A stretch of 39,351 nt of DNA from a virus (IMGVR_UViG_3300032212_000061:1-39351); one strand, 5' to 3'; shown: positions 1 to 7,908, counted from the stretch's first letter. The notes: generated by a model from the letters alone, not told the origin. Made by a program: numbers and translations.

Positions 1-7
1 GCGCTGC

Positions 8-32
8 AACCGGCTAACCGGGGTTTTTTTTT
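8..32 (+). terminator. Possible host intrinsic terminator
   Basis: Short CCGG-CTAA-CCGG stem followed by GG and a long T run; weak stem. Confidence 0.35.
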
Positions 33-45
33 ATCGGCCTTACCC

Positions 46-51
46 TATAAT
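46..51 (+). promoter_or_regulatory. -10 box of host tRNA-Cys promoter
   Basis: Perfect TATAAT 23 nt upstream of the tRNA 5' end; no clear -35. Confidence 0.5.
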
Positions 52-74
52 TAGGCCAATAAACAACCATTTTA

Positions 75-114
75 GGCGAGTTAGCAAAGCGGTTATGCAC
101 TGGATTGCAAATCC
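75..114 (+). pseudogene. 5' half of host tRNA-Cys(GCA), interrupted at the anticodon arm by the prophage (attL)
   Basis: GGCGAGT-TA-GCA-AAGCGGTTA-TGC-A-CTGGA-TTGCAAA-TCC aligns with gammaproteobacterial tRNA-Cys; the following sequence has no TTCGA T-loop, acceptor 3' strand or CCA. Confidence 0.92.
102..114. other. att core GGATTGCAAATCC (attL)
   Basis: 13 bp shared by the tRNA anticodon arm and 39253-39265; identity begins exactly here; dyad GGAT-N5-ATCC. Confidence 0.88.
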
Positions 115-151
115 TGCCACTCCCACACATCACTCTTCCCAATTCCTTATT

Positions 152-164
152 TATCAACAAGTTA
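152..164 (+). promoter_or_regulatory. IHF binding site in P' arm
   Basis: TATCAACAAGTTA matches WATCAANNNNTTR; near-identical inverted copy at 39224-39236. Confidence 0.75.
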
Positions 165-213
165 CGTTTTTTAATATCGCGTTTTTTGGGTTAAAAACAG
201 CCTGAAAGAGCCT

Positions 214-242
214 CTTGCCGCCCGAAAAAGCGGCCTTGCCAC
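214..242 (+). promoter_or_regulatory. Candidate integrase arm-type sites (CTTGCCRC x2)
   Basis: CTTGCCGC 214-221 and CTTGCCAC 235-242, 21 bp apart; inverted copy GCGGCAAG at 39211-39218 in the other arm. Confidence 0.5.
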
Positions 243-251
243 CCCTCCATG

Positions 252-280
252 TTGCGTTTTTCCATGTAGCTGAGTAATAT
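252..280 (+). promoter_or_regulatory. Integrase promoter
   Basis: TTGCGT-17 bp-TAATAT, overlapped by direct repeats TCCATGTTGC (246-255) and TCCATGTAGC (261-270). Confidence 0.55.
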
Positions 281-309
281 GAGCGCATTAAAGCAAAGAG
301 AATGATTGC

Positions 310-1446
310 ATGTCTAAGCGTATTCGCGGTAACAAGATCCAGTACACCATTAAGAATAAGAAGTTTTTAAAAAAACCTATTTACCTGACTTTCGATATTG
401 ATCAGGAAGATGAAGGCGATGATTATTATAGTCGTTTAAAAAAATTGGTTGCTGTTGGTATTGTTCCAGAGGAATATTCATCGAGTGATCAGCCTGAAAT
501 AATTAGTGAAATATTTATCAGTTATAAGAAGTACGAAAACATTAAGCCAGAAGATGTTGCACTGTTAAATACGTGCGATAAACAGTTTGGGCAGTTGCAA
601 TCTAAATTGATTGATTATAATTGGGTGGAAACTTGGGTTCACGAGCTGAAGGTAGTCAGAAAACTCGCCCCTGGTACCATTAGAAAATATGTAGGTGCAT
701 TGGCACGCTGTTTTGATTGGGCTTATAAAAAATCCTATGTTGTGGCTAATCCGTTTCGGATGCTTAAAAAGGGTTATTCAACATACACGAGCTATGAGAA
801 AAAATTAACTGGTGGCGGCAAAGAGGATGAATCAAGAGAACGCAGACTTGAATCAGGAGAAGAGGAAAAGGTAAGAACAATTTTGTCCGGTGAAAAAGTT
901 GAAGGAAGACAAAGGCCCATTGTTGCTAAGCACCAAGCCGCAGTTGAATTTTTATTTGTGTTGGCTTTAGAGTCTGCAATGCGACTTAGAGAAATGTTTA
1001 CGCTGTACGATGGGCAGTTTGATTTAAAAAGCAAAACAGTCTTCCTTGAAAAAACAAAAAATGGAAGTAAGCGGCAAGTGCCGTTAACCTCTGTTGCTAT
1101 TCAAGCTTATAAAAATTACAAGAAAAGCGTGAAGAAACAAACAGGGGGGATGGAGGGATATAACATTGATAAGATTTTATTTCCGTTTTGGAATGGTGTT
1201 CTCACAAAAAAAGAATTAGATAAAACTTCAAATAAATTATCGAAAAAGTACACGTCGATTTTCGAGGCTGCTGATATGGGAGATTTTAATTTCCATGATT
1301 TACGACATGAAGCAACAAGTCGTTTATTTGAAAAAACTACATTAAGTGAATTTAAGATTGCAAAAATTACTGGCCATAGCAACATGAAGACGCTTGCGCG
1401 TTATGCGAATTTAAGAGGCTCAAACTTGGCTGATGAATTGTGGTAA
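310..1446 (+). CDS. int: Tyrosine recombinase / phage integrase
   Basis: Catalytic motifs AMRLRE, KTKNG, FHDLRH, TGH, RYAN; adjacent to att. Confidence 0.96.
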   Translation: MSKRIRGNKIQYTIKNKKFLKKPIYLTFDIDQEDEGDDYYSRLKKLVAVGIVPEEYSSSDQPEIISEIFISYKKYENIKPEDVALLNTCDKQFGQLQSKLIDYNWVETWVHELKVVRKLAPGTIRKYVGALARCFDWAYKKSYVVANPFRMLKKGYSTYTSYEKKLTGGGKEDESRERRLESGEEEKVRTILSGEKVEGRQRPIVAKHQAAVEFLFVLALESAMRLREMFTLYDGQFDLKSKTVFLEKTKNGSKRQVPLTSVAIQAYKNYKKSVKKQTGGMEGYNIDKILFPFWNGVLTKKELDKTSNKLSKKYTSIFEAADMGDFNFHDLRHEATSRLFEKTTLSEFKIAKITGHSNMKTLARYANLRGSNLADELW

Positions 1447-1740
1447 GTCTGGAAGAGCAGGTTTAGGGTTTCTTCTGCTATTAGAGCGTTTCACTGGCTC
1501 ACTCGGTATCACTGTTATAGCTGGTCTATTCTTAGCGGTCATTTCTTCTTTTCTTCGCTTGGTTTGCTCTTGGATCTCTTTGCGTAACCATTTACGAAGT
1601 TCTGACTCTAAAAAAACCCAACCACGTCCAATTTTTGCGGCAGGTATTTCACCTTTTGCAGCCATTTCTTGAAGCGTGTTTGAATGTACATTTAAGTATT
1701 TACTTGCGCCTTCAATATCGTATGTAATTTGGTTGTTCAT
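1420..1740 (-). CDS. xis: Excisionase-like HTH (HTH_17/MerR-type) protein
   Basis: YDIEGASKYLNVHSNTL...GEIPAAKIGRGWVF...ELRKW pattern; last gene of the left operon, convergent with int. Confidence 0.85.
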   Translation of the reverse strand: MNNQITYDIEGASKYLNVHSNTLQEMAAKGEIPAAKIGRGWVFLESELRKWLRKEIQEQTKRRKEEMTAKNRPAITVIPSEPVKRSNSRRNPKPALPDLPQFISQV

Positions 1741-1741
1741 C

Positions 1742-3013
1742 TTATGCTCTCATTTGTGCAGCATTAACTATATTTGCTTTAATAATTGCAGCGGCAATAA
1801 CCGGACTAACGCTGTTACCACACATTCTGACTTGCGCAACTTTGGTTAGTTTTTTATTTTTATAAATGGGATCTATTATGTACTCATCAGGAAAACCTTG
1901 AGCGCGATAGAGTTCACGCGGCGTTAGCATACGCATGAGAATATCATTAATTTTGTAGTTTTGTTCTGATACTGTAATTAAACCAAAACGATCTCGTGAT
2001 GTAACAGTGTGCATCGGGTCGCTAAGTTGAACGGATTGATCTGTTCCGTAGTATTTTATTAAGAATCCAGTTACCAAGGCAAAATGACCACCTTTTACTT
2101 GAGCGCAAATTGTTCTTAACGGTTCATCGATAGGCATATTTCTTTGTGATGAACCATTTGCATGCTCTGTAATAAATGGAACAACAAAAGGGTTCTTTGC
2201 TTTTAATACATATCGATCTAAACCGTTAGCAATTCGAGTCATTGTTTTTTCTGCTAAAGGTCTGCGCACGTTGAATTGTTTTGCTTCTTCTTTATTTAAG
2301 AATATAGAGCTACCTGGTACAGTCCAATCAATACAATCTGCTGCTGTATTATAAGGTTTTAAACCTTTATCTTTTCCGTGAGTATCTTCTGGCCAAACAA
2401 TAGGCTGGTTATCGCACCGAGCAATTAAAAATAATCTTTTTCTGATGGTGGGTGCACCAAAATCACATGCGCGAAGTTCGCGCCATTCAACTTGATACCC
2501 TAATTTTTCAAAGTCGCGCACAAAACGTCGAAACGATAATCCTTTGCGAACAGGACAGGGTTTATTGTTATCAAGTAACGGCCCCCAATCTTGAAATTCT
2601 TCAACATTCTCTAAAACAATAACGCGAGGTTTAACAAGCTTAGCCCACTTTGTAGCAACTCTCGCTAAACCTCTTACTTTTTTATCTGCAGGTTTACCAC
2701 CTTTTGCTTTAGAGAAATGCTTACAATCAGGACTAAACCAAGCAAGACCAACAGGCTTGCCTTTGCATACCTCGATAGGATCAACTTCAAAAACATCGGA
2801 TACATAATGTTTTGTTGTTGGGTGGTTTGCTTCATGCATAGCAATCGCTTCTGGATCATGATTGATTGCAATATCAACTGAGCGACCAAGCGCCTGTTCT
2901 ATTCCCATGCTTGCACCGCCACCACCTGCAAAATTATCTATAATAATTTCATCGTCTAGTGACAGCCTTAATTGTGGTGGTCTTTTCCAGTTGAATGGTT
3001 TTATATTTTTCAT
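1742..3013 (-). CDS. DNA (cytosine-5) methyltransferase
   Basis: Motif I FAGGGG, motif IV SPDC, motif VI ENV, motif VIII RKR, motif X GNSV. Confidence 0.95.
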   Translation of the reverse strand: MKNIKPFNWKRPPQLRLSLDDEIIIDNFAGGGGASMGIEQALGRSVDIAINHDPEAIAMHEANHPTTKHYVSDVFEVDPIEVCKGKPVGLAWFSPDCKHFSKAKGGKPADKKVRGLARVATKWAKLVKPRVIVLENVEEFQDWGPLLDNNKPCPVRKGLSFRRFVRDFEKLGYQVEWRELRACDFGAPTIRKRLFLIARCDNQPIVWPEDTHGKDKGLKPYNTAADCIDWTVPGSSIFLNKEEAKQFNVRRPLAEKTMTRIANGLDRYVLKAKNPFVVPFITEHANGSSQRNMPIDEPLRTICAQVKGGHFALVTGFLIKYYGTDQSVQLSDPMHTVTSRDRFGLITVSEQNYKINDILMRMLTPRELYRAQGFPDEYIIDPIYKNKKLTKVAQVRMCGNSVSPVIAAAIIKANIVNAAQMRA

Positions 3014-3033
3014 TTTTACCTTATAAAATAGGC

Positions 3034-3091
3034 GGCTTCACTCAATCCCTCGAAACGCAGCGCCTCGGTTTTATCTGGATTAAGTGAAGCC
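3034..3091 (-). promoter_or_regulatory. 15-bp stem-loop upstream of the methyltransferase
   Basis: On the minus-strand RNA GGCUUCACUUAAUCC pairs fully with GGAUUGAGUGAAGCC (one G-U); 28-nt loop. Confidence 0.65.
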
Positions 3092-3100
3092 ATTAACTTT

Positions 3101-3397
3101 TTATAGTTCTAACTGTTTAAATATTTCTTCGTCCGTCATTTCGTGACGCATGAACATGATTTTTTGCGATTGCTGATCTTCCAAGCCTTCAGCAATAAAC
3201 TGTAAAAAATCCATTGGCACGAGTGTCCACGCTTCATCTTCTTCATGCCATGCAAACAGATAAGGGTATTTATCTGTTTTGTAATGTGAGCAAAGTGAAT
3301 GATGATGTGCTCCGGTTCTGTCTTGGTGTGATACTGGCCAAGCTGCGCAGTGGCATGCAACTTTTGCATTTAATTGAATTACGTTATTTTTGCTCAT
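3101..3397 (-). CDS. Hypothetical protein with Cys/His cluster
   Basis: Tightly packed in left operon; CHC...HHHSLC. Confidence 0.7.
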   Translation of the reverse strand: MSKNNVIQLNAKVACHCAAWPVSHQDRTGAHHHSLCSHYKTDKYPYLFAWHEEDEAWTLVPMDFLQFIAEGLEDQQSQKIMFMRHEMTDEEIFKQLEL

Positions 3398-3778
3398 TTA
3401 TACAACCGCTCTTTTATTTAAGTCTTGTAATAAAGCATTAAGCTTAGGTTGCTTACCTTGAAGCCGTTCTTCTTGGTAAAGCTTTTCTAGCTTTTCCCAA
3501 TTTTCAATAATATTTTTCCACACGCGGCCTAGTTTTTTTAATTTGTATAACTGTTCGCGTGCACCGGTTACACCAACCAAGAGAAGGTGACACGTTCTAA
3601 AGTCATCGGCATTTTTTGGTACATGAACGCAGAAGTTTTTCTTGAAGATGACTTTGCGAGTTACACCTAGCAACGTTAGTGCAATTGTTTCTGCGGCTTT
3701 ACTTTTTTCACCTTTGCAAAGCCATAGCAGTATGTCGCGCTCGAAGTCGGTAAGTTGTTTTTGTGGTTGTGCGTTCAT
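3398..3778 (-). CDS. Hypothetical phage protein
   Basis: Abuts both neighbours in the left operon. Confidence 0.75.
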   Translation of the reverse strand: MNAQPQKQLTDFERDILLWLCKGEKSKAAETIALTLLGVTRKVIFKKNFCVHVPKNADDFRTCHLLLVGVTGAREQLYKLKKLGRVWKNIIENWEKLEKLYQEERLQGKQPKLNALLQDLNKRAVV

Positions 3779-3779
3779 G

Positions 3780-4085
3780 TTAGATACCTATGGCGTATTG
3801 AATGTCGTGTTTATCGATGTTTGATTGATGGCATTTACTGCACAATCTGTTTCCTACTCCATACGATAAAAAGTTGTCTTTGCATTTCAGGCAGCTTCGC
3901 GTTTCCGCCTCGGGTGATTTTGGTGAGACAATTTTCATTTGAGATTTCATTAAGTAAACTTTGTTATCAACCGCTTGTTTTGTGCGGCCTAATATTCGTG
4001 CAATATCTACTGCCTGATATTTAAGCTTTCTCATTTGTATGAGTTTTCTTTCTTCTTGGGCTGTCCATGGGTGATTATGCGACAT
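3780..4085 (-). CDS. Myb/GcrA-like HTH with C-terminal zinc ribbon
   Basis: WTAQEERKL...IARILGRTKQAV; CLKC...RLCSKC; AAGGA RBS. Confidence 0.75.
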   Translation of the reverse strand: MSHNHPWTAQEERKLIQMRKLKYQAVDIARILGRTKQAVDNKVYLMKSQMKIVSPKSPEAETRSCLKCKDNFLSYGVGNRLCSKCHQSNIDKHDIQYAIGI

Positions 4086-4251
4086 GAAGATTGTCCTTTG
4101 GTGTTGTTAGAAGGAGAGGAAACGCCACTTTGCAGCCTTCGCTTAGGTGGCGTAAGTAGATTTCTCGGCGTTTGGCGTACAAATCTAACCGTTTTTGGTT
4201 GTCGCCTTTCTGAGCCGTTATTTGGTGCTCAACTTGATTTTGAGTACTCAT
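4075..4251 (-). CDS. 58-aa basic protein, first gene of the pL operon (not in ORF track)
   Basis: Hand translation MSTQNQVEHQITAQKGDNQKRLDLYAKRREIYLRHLSEGCKVAFPLLLTTPKDNLHVA; RBS AAGGGGA; stop overlaps the next gene start. Confidence 0.7.
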   Translation of the reverse strand: MSTQNQVEHQITAQKGDNQKRLDLYAKRREIYLRHLSEGCKVAFPLLLTTPKDNLHVA

Positions 4252-4283
4252 AGAATCTTCCCTTAACCTGATAAAGTGAGGAA

Positions 4284-4325
4284 AGTATAAACATAACGTT
4301 TACATTAATGCAAACAATTTATTTA
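4284..4325 (-). promoter_or_regulatory. pL promoter with two OL operators
   Basis: Minus strand TTGCAT-18 bp-TATACT; TAAAC-N5-GTTTA at 4288-4302 and degenerate CAAAC-N5-ATTTA at 4311-4325. Confidence 0.75.
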
Positions 4326-4402
4326 TATTGTGGAATTTTGGGGTTTTATACAGGCAAAAATATAAGGGATTATGGAAATAGTGTTTTAGGATGCTTAGTT
4401 TA

Positions 4403-5245
4403 TTAGATGGTGGAATATTTATTGTCAATAAGAGTTGAGAGATCGTTTGCGCAACCAGATAGGGGGAGGTCTGCTTTATCCTGGGCTTTGAGAGCAGTGT
4501 AAGTTGCGTTATCCCAATTATCTGTTGGGTTATATAGTGTGTATTTGGTGTTGGCGCTTCTTATGTCGCTAATTAGAGAAGTTAGGTAGCTTGTGGCCAG
4601 CGTTGTTCTTTCGTCACACTCTACGCTTCCACCTAGCAAGCCTTTACCTGCTAAATCAAGCCTAATTGCTGTCCAATCAGTGTCGAATGTGGATTTGCGG
4701 CTAGTGCGTAAGGCAGTTGTTTCGGTGCTGTGGCGGCTTTGTATTCTTGTTAGCATGGTGTCAAAGTCGCCCGTAAGCGAAGTGGCGTATTCAATTCCTG
4801 TTAAATTACACACTGAATTTAACTGTAAATCCCCGCTTGATATCCTTAACGTTCCTTCACCTACAATAGCAAGCTGATCAAAATCAGTCACGGTGGCCTC
4901 ATACCCATATACAATTGAATCCACATAGCTAACGGTGCTCGTGATTTTAAGGTCTTTGGCATACTGAGTGTGGTGCTGAGTGTCATACCAACTAAAAATT
5001 GCTTGATCGTTAACGGTTTCGTTGGCAGGTATTAATTGGAGTTTTGCAGCTTTTAAGTCTCCGCATGCGGTTGTGAGGTACCATGTTTTTTGCAAAGAAG
5101 CAGGGAGTGTGGTGCGGGAAGCTTGAACGGCGGGGGTTGCTGAAGAAGGGGTTGCAGAAGGGGTTGCGGTACCACCACCACCACCACCGCCCAAGCATGC
5201 AGAAAGGTTAAGCAAGAGGGCTGCTAAAATAAACGCTTTAATCAT
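4403..5245 (-). CDS. Lipoprotein in the immunity region (possible superinfection exclusion/moron)
   Basis: Signal peptide with lipobox LSA-C, then poly-Gly and ATPS repeats; lies between cI and pL. Confidence 0.8.
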   Translation of the reverse strand: MIKAFILAALLLNLSACLGGGGGGGTATPSATPSSATPAVQASRTTLPASLQKTWYLTTACGDLKAAKLQLIPANETVNDQAIFSWYDTQHHTQYAKDLKITSTVSYVDSIVYGYEATVTDFDQLAIVGEGTLRISSGDLQLNSVCNLTGIEYATSLTGDFDTMLTRIQSRHSTETTALRTSRKSTFDTDWTAIRLDLAGKGLLGGSVECDERTTLATSYLTSLISDIRSANTKYTLYNPTDNWDNATYTALKAQDKADLPLSGCANDLSTLIDNKYSTI

Positions 5246-5305
5246 AAAAAATCCTTTTTTTTACTTGATTGTCGATTGACTCTTAAAAATTTATTTCCGG
5301 TTAAA

Positions 5306-5770
5306 TTATGATGTTTCTATTTCTGGAAAAGGTGGCTTTTTAGTGCTTTTCAATTCATCCATTAGCGTGTGGAAGTCTAACAACAGCTCAGATTTATCAG
5401 TCTTAGTGCCTGTTTTAAGCTCTGTTTCGTATTTGGTGTAAAAGTGAGTAAGCAGCTCTGTCCACTCATTTACAGAAAATTCCTTGCCGGTTTTTTCTTG
5501 AATAAACAGGACGAGCGTTACTGCGTCACTCATAGCTGATTTGTTGATAGGTGAAGAAGTGTCAATCGCCGCATTTTTACCTTCTTGCAGCCAATGAGCG
5601 TCACAATTCAAAACACCAGCAGCTTTAAATATTTTATCCCCAGGTATCTTGCCGCGTTTACGCCAGTTATTTATTGTCTGGGGTAGCTCTTCCATTCTTC
5701 GTGCGAACTCAGCGGGAGTGAGTTCTAGTTCACTCATTCTTTGCTCAGCTCTATTCATAATTGATTCCAT
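5306..5770 (-). CDS. CI-like repressor (XRE HTH, no S24 peptidase domain)
   Basis: AEFARRMEELPQTINNWRKRGKIP...AHWLQEG; divergent from cro; only 154 aa. Confidence 0.88.
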   Translation of the reverse strand: MESIMNRAEQRMSELELTPAEFARRMEELPQTINNWRKRGKIPGDKIFKAAGVLNCDAHWLQEGKNAAIDTSSPINKSAMSDAVTLVLFIQEKTGKEFSVNEWTELLTHFYTKYETELKTGTKTDKSELLLDFHTLMDELKSTKKPPFPEIETS

Positions 5771-5858
5771 AAACTAAAAGTTTACGCTAGTTTTTTTCGC
5801 AATCAATAAACAATTTGTTAACAAGTATTGACTCACATATAAACACTATGTTTATACT
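5770..5858. promoter_or_regulatory. OR region: three operators, divergent pRM/pR
   Basis: TAAAC-N5-GTT(T/A)A at 5770-5784, 5807-5821, 5840-5854; pR TTGACT(5828)...TATACT(5853); pRM TTGATT-16 bp-TAAACT on minus strand. Confidence 0.8.
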
Positions 5859-5864
5859 TCCAAT

Positions 5865-6080
5865 ATGAGCTGGATAGATGAAATCAAAGAGCATTATGGA
5901 AGTCAGGCTAAATTTGCAAAAAAGTTTGGCGTTTCTCCTATGGCAGTTTCTCAGTGGCAAAAAAGGGGCGTACCCGCAGAAAGAGCGATTGAAATTGAAA
6001 TTTTTGATTCTCGAATCCCAAAATATTTGACGCGTCCAGATTTATTTGAGCTACCTACACATAAAAAGGTAGCAGCATGA
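5865..6080 (+). CDS. cro: Cro-like repressor (YdaS family)
   Basis: YGSQAKFAKKFGVSPMAVSQW...VPAERA...RPDLF signature; divergent from cI. Confidence 0.9.
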   Translation: MSWIDEIKEHYGSQAKFAKKFGVSPMAVSQWQKRGVPAERAIEIEIFDSRIPKYLTRPDLFELPTHKKVAA

Positions 6081-6137
6081 TTTGCAAGGCTTCGATATTG
6101 AACTTCTCGAAGGTAGTGCACCGGTAACGGTGTTTTT

Positions 6138-6173
6138 GGTCGTCCGTTTCCCCAAGCGGATGACCTTTTTTTT
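6138..6173 (+). terminator. tR1-like intrinsic terminator
   Basis: GGTCGTCCGTTT/AAGCGGATGACC stem followed by T8. Confidence 0.8.
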
Positions 6174-6260
6174 ATTTGGTTGGGTTGTTGTGGTTTCCAT
6201 GCAAGCATTTTCTTGTTTGCGTGGTTCCACGGCAACACTCAAGAAATTGAGGGTTGAGGA

Positions 6261-6716
6261 ATGGATAATTTATATTTGGATGGTTATGCCGCATTACTTG
6301 AAATGTGTGGCGGTAAAACATCACAAGAAATAGCGCATCACTTAATAAGCGTGGATGGTATTTGGGGGGATAAATCCTTGGATACTGGATCGGCGCGTAT
6401 TCGTGCATGCCTGAACAAAGATAAACCTGAATTTTTTAAAGCCGCTGAGTTGATTGCTATTCAACGATTCACAAAACGTTATGACGCGGTATTTTTTATG
6501 TGTGATGAACTTGGTTTGTCACGTCCACAACCTGTAAGCACTGAAGAACAGCTTAGCAAGGTATCAAACTCTATTAATTCCCTCGCAAATAATCTTGCTC
6601 GTGTTGTTGAGCAGTTTTCACGTATTGAATCGCAAGCCACTTCTTATGAAGAAGATAATGTGGTGCGTGCGATTAATTTTTCTAAAGACATACAAAAGGA
6701 AACAAAATCATGGTGA
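6261..6716 (+). CDS. CII-like regulatory protein
   Basis: Position after cro; CLN.DK.EFF...ELIAI pattern reminiscent of phage CII families; C-terminal coiled coil. Confidence 0.65.
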   Translation: MDNLYLDGYAALLEMCGGKTSQEIAHHLISVDGIWGDKSLDTGSARIRACLNKDKPEFFKAAELIAIQRFTKRYDAVFFMCDELGLSRPQPVSTEEQLSKVSNSINSLANNLARVVEQFSRIESQATSYEEDNVVRAINFSKDIQKETKSW

Positions 6717-6928
6717 ATAAAAGAATTATAGCTACAGCAATTGCGTCTGCTATGGCTTCTCCTGCGCGAATAATAGATAGGCATTTTCGTTTTATAAAGC
6801 CTTCGGGGAAAAAGTTTAATGGTGGTAACAGCAAATACAAGCCGCACCAAGGAAAACAAGAATGCGCTAGACGTATTCGACAAGCAAAAAAGTTAAAAGC
6901 AAAGCGTTCTTTGGCGCTGGCTGCGTAG
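6710..6928 (+). CDS. Small basic hypothetical protein
   Basis: AAAGGA RBS; overlaps the upstream stop; SKYKPHQG..ECARR. Confidence 0.7.
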   Translation: MVNKRIIATAIASAMASPARIIDRHFRFIKPSGKKFNGGNSKYKPHQGKQECARRIRQAKKLKAKRSLALAA

Positions 6929-6936
6929 ATTTTATT

Positions 6937-7908
6937 TTGGCGACTCAGTGGAATGACGAAGAGGAATTTTCTTTGCAGGGCTTACCTTTGCTTGCTCAGG
7001 TTGTTTATTTGCGTTGTTTTCGTAAGCACATGGATTATGACACCGGCTTAGTTGGTGCTGTTCGTAAGATTAGTTACCAGATGATGATTGAAACATGCGA
7101 ATCAATACGAGAGAGGGGCAGTAGACTACCTAATGTAAGACCCACTCGTGACGAGTTGCGTGCAACGATTCAACAACTAATAAGACGCGGCATGCTTGAG
7201 CTAATAAGTAAACGCATGCAACAACCTGTTTATCGATTGCCTTTGGCCACGGTTAATCGTTCATCCCCCACGGCCACTTTTTATAAAAAACCTTCTTCTG
7301 GTGGTGGCGGTTCATCTTCTCCTATTGAGGAGCAACCGATGAACAACCAAGCAGAACAACCAGAGAAAGGTAATAAGGAGCAACCAGAAAAAGAGGGTGT
7401 TAAGCCTTTAAATATCTTGAGTTTTGAAGATAGGAGCAACCAGAAGAACAACCAGAAGAACAACCACCACAAAGAGGGTATGAACGACATACATCAGGGA
7501 TCAGGACTTAACCTAACTATACCGGCGCATATCTCGTTGAGTGATGAGGAATTAAAACAGGTGCCCAATAACGCGAGTAAGTGGTGTGAGTTTTTTACGC
7601 AGTATGTGCGGTTTGATGTGCATGAAGTCAAAAGCGTTAACACGATGACATTATTTCGTTTGTGGTGTGAGGATAAAGTTTCAGTGGGTGAAGCTGTTAT
7701 TGCGATAGAAGCCGCTGAGCAAAAAATTGGTAAGCGTCCAGATACACCAAAGTTTTATAAAAATTTTGTTGCCCAGGTTATTCAAGATAGAAATGCCAAG
7801 AACATTCCCCAAGGAGTTAACCATGTCAAATCAAGCAAGCGTGCCACAGCTGAGGAAATTGCCAGAGAGCAATTGGGAGGACATAGGGTATATGAATACG
7901 AGGATTGA
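6937..7908 (+). CDS. Replication initiator (lambda O analogue)
   Basis: Position; N-terminal wHTH-like region; central low-complexity linker carrying iterons; TTG start. Confidence 0.75.
   Translation: MATQWNDEEEFSLQGLPLLAQVVYLRCFRKHMDYDTGLVGAVRKISYQMMIETCESIRERGSRLPNVRPTRDELRATIQQLIRRGMLELISKRMQQPVYRLPLATVNRSSPTATFYKKPSSGGGGSSSPIEEQPMNNQAEQPEKGNKEQPEKEGVKPLNILSFEDRSNQKNNQKNNHHKEGMNDIHQGSGLNLTIPAHISLSDEELKQVPNNASKWCEFFTQYVRFDVHEVKSVNTMTLFRLWCEDKVSVGEAVIAIEAAEQKIGKRPDTPKFYKNFVAQVIQDRNAKNIPQGVNHVKSSKRATAEEIAREQLGGHRVYEYED
7330..7465 (+). repeat. Replication origin iterons (7 x GARCAACC)
   Basis: Copies at 7330, 7341, 7354, 7378, 7434, 7446, 7458, with an AT-rich spacer between the two clusters. 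Confidence 0.75.

Larger units (their letters stand above)
102..200 (+). repeat. 99-bp direct repeat, copy 1 (core + P' arm)
   Basis: Identical to 39253-39351. Confidence 0.97.

Noticed and set aside
102-200. 99-bp repeat as a long att core or virion terminal repeat
   Set aside because: Only the first 13 bp match the host tRNA; the length equals a common assembler k-mer and the second copy ends at the window edge
1742-3013. Complete restriction-modification system
   Set aside because: No recognisable endonuclease nearby; orphan C5 MTases are common in phage early operons
6082-6333. ORFs across the cro-cII gap (6082-6333, 5951-6238, 6051-6242, 6172-6408)
   Set aside because: They span terminator and hairpin structures, have no RBS and overlap better genes
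5865-6716. YdaS/YdaT toxin-antitoxin pair
   Set aside because: Position, operators and divergence from cI identify these as Cro and a CII-like regulator
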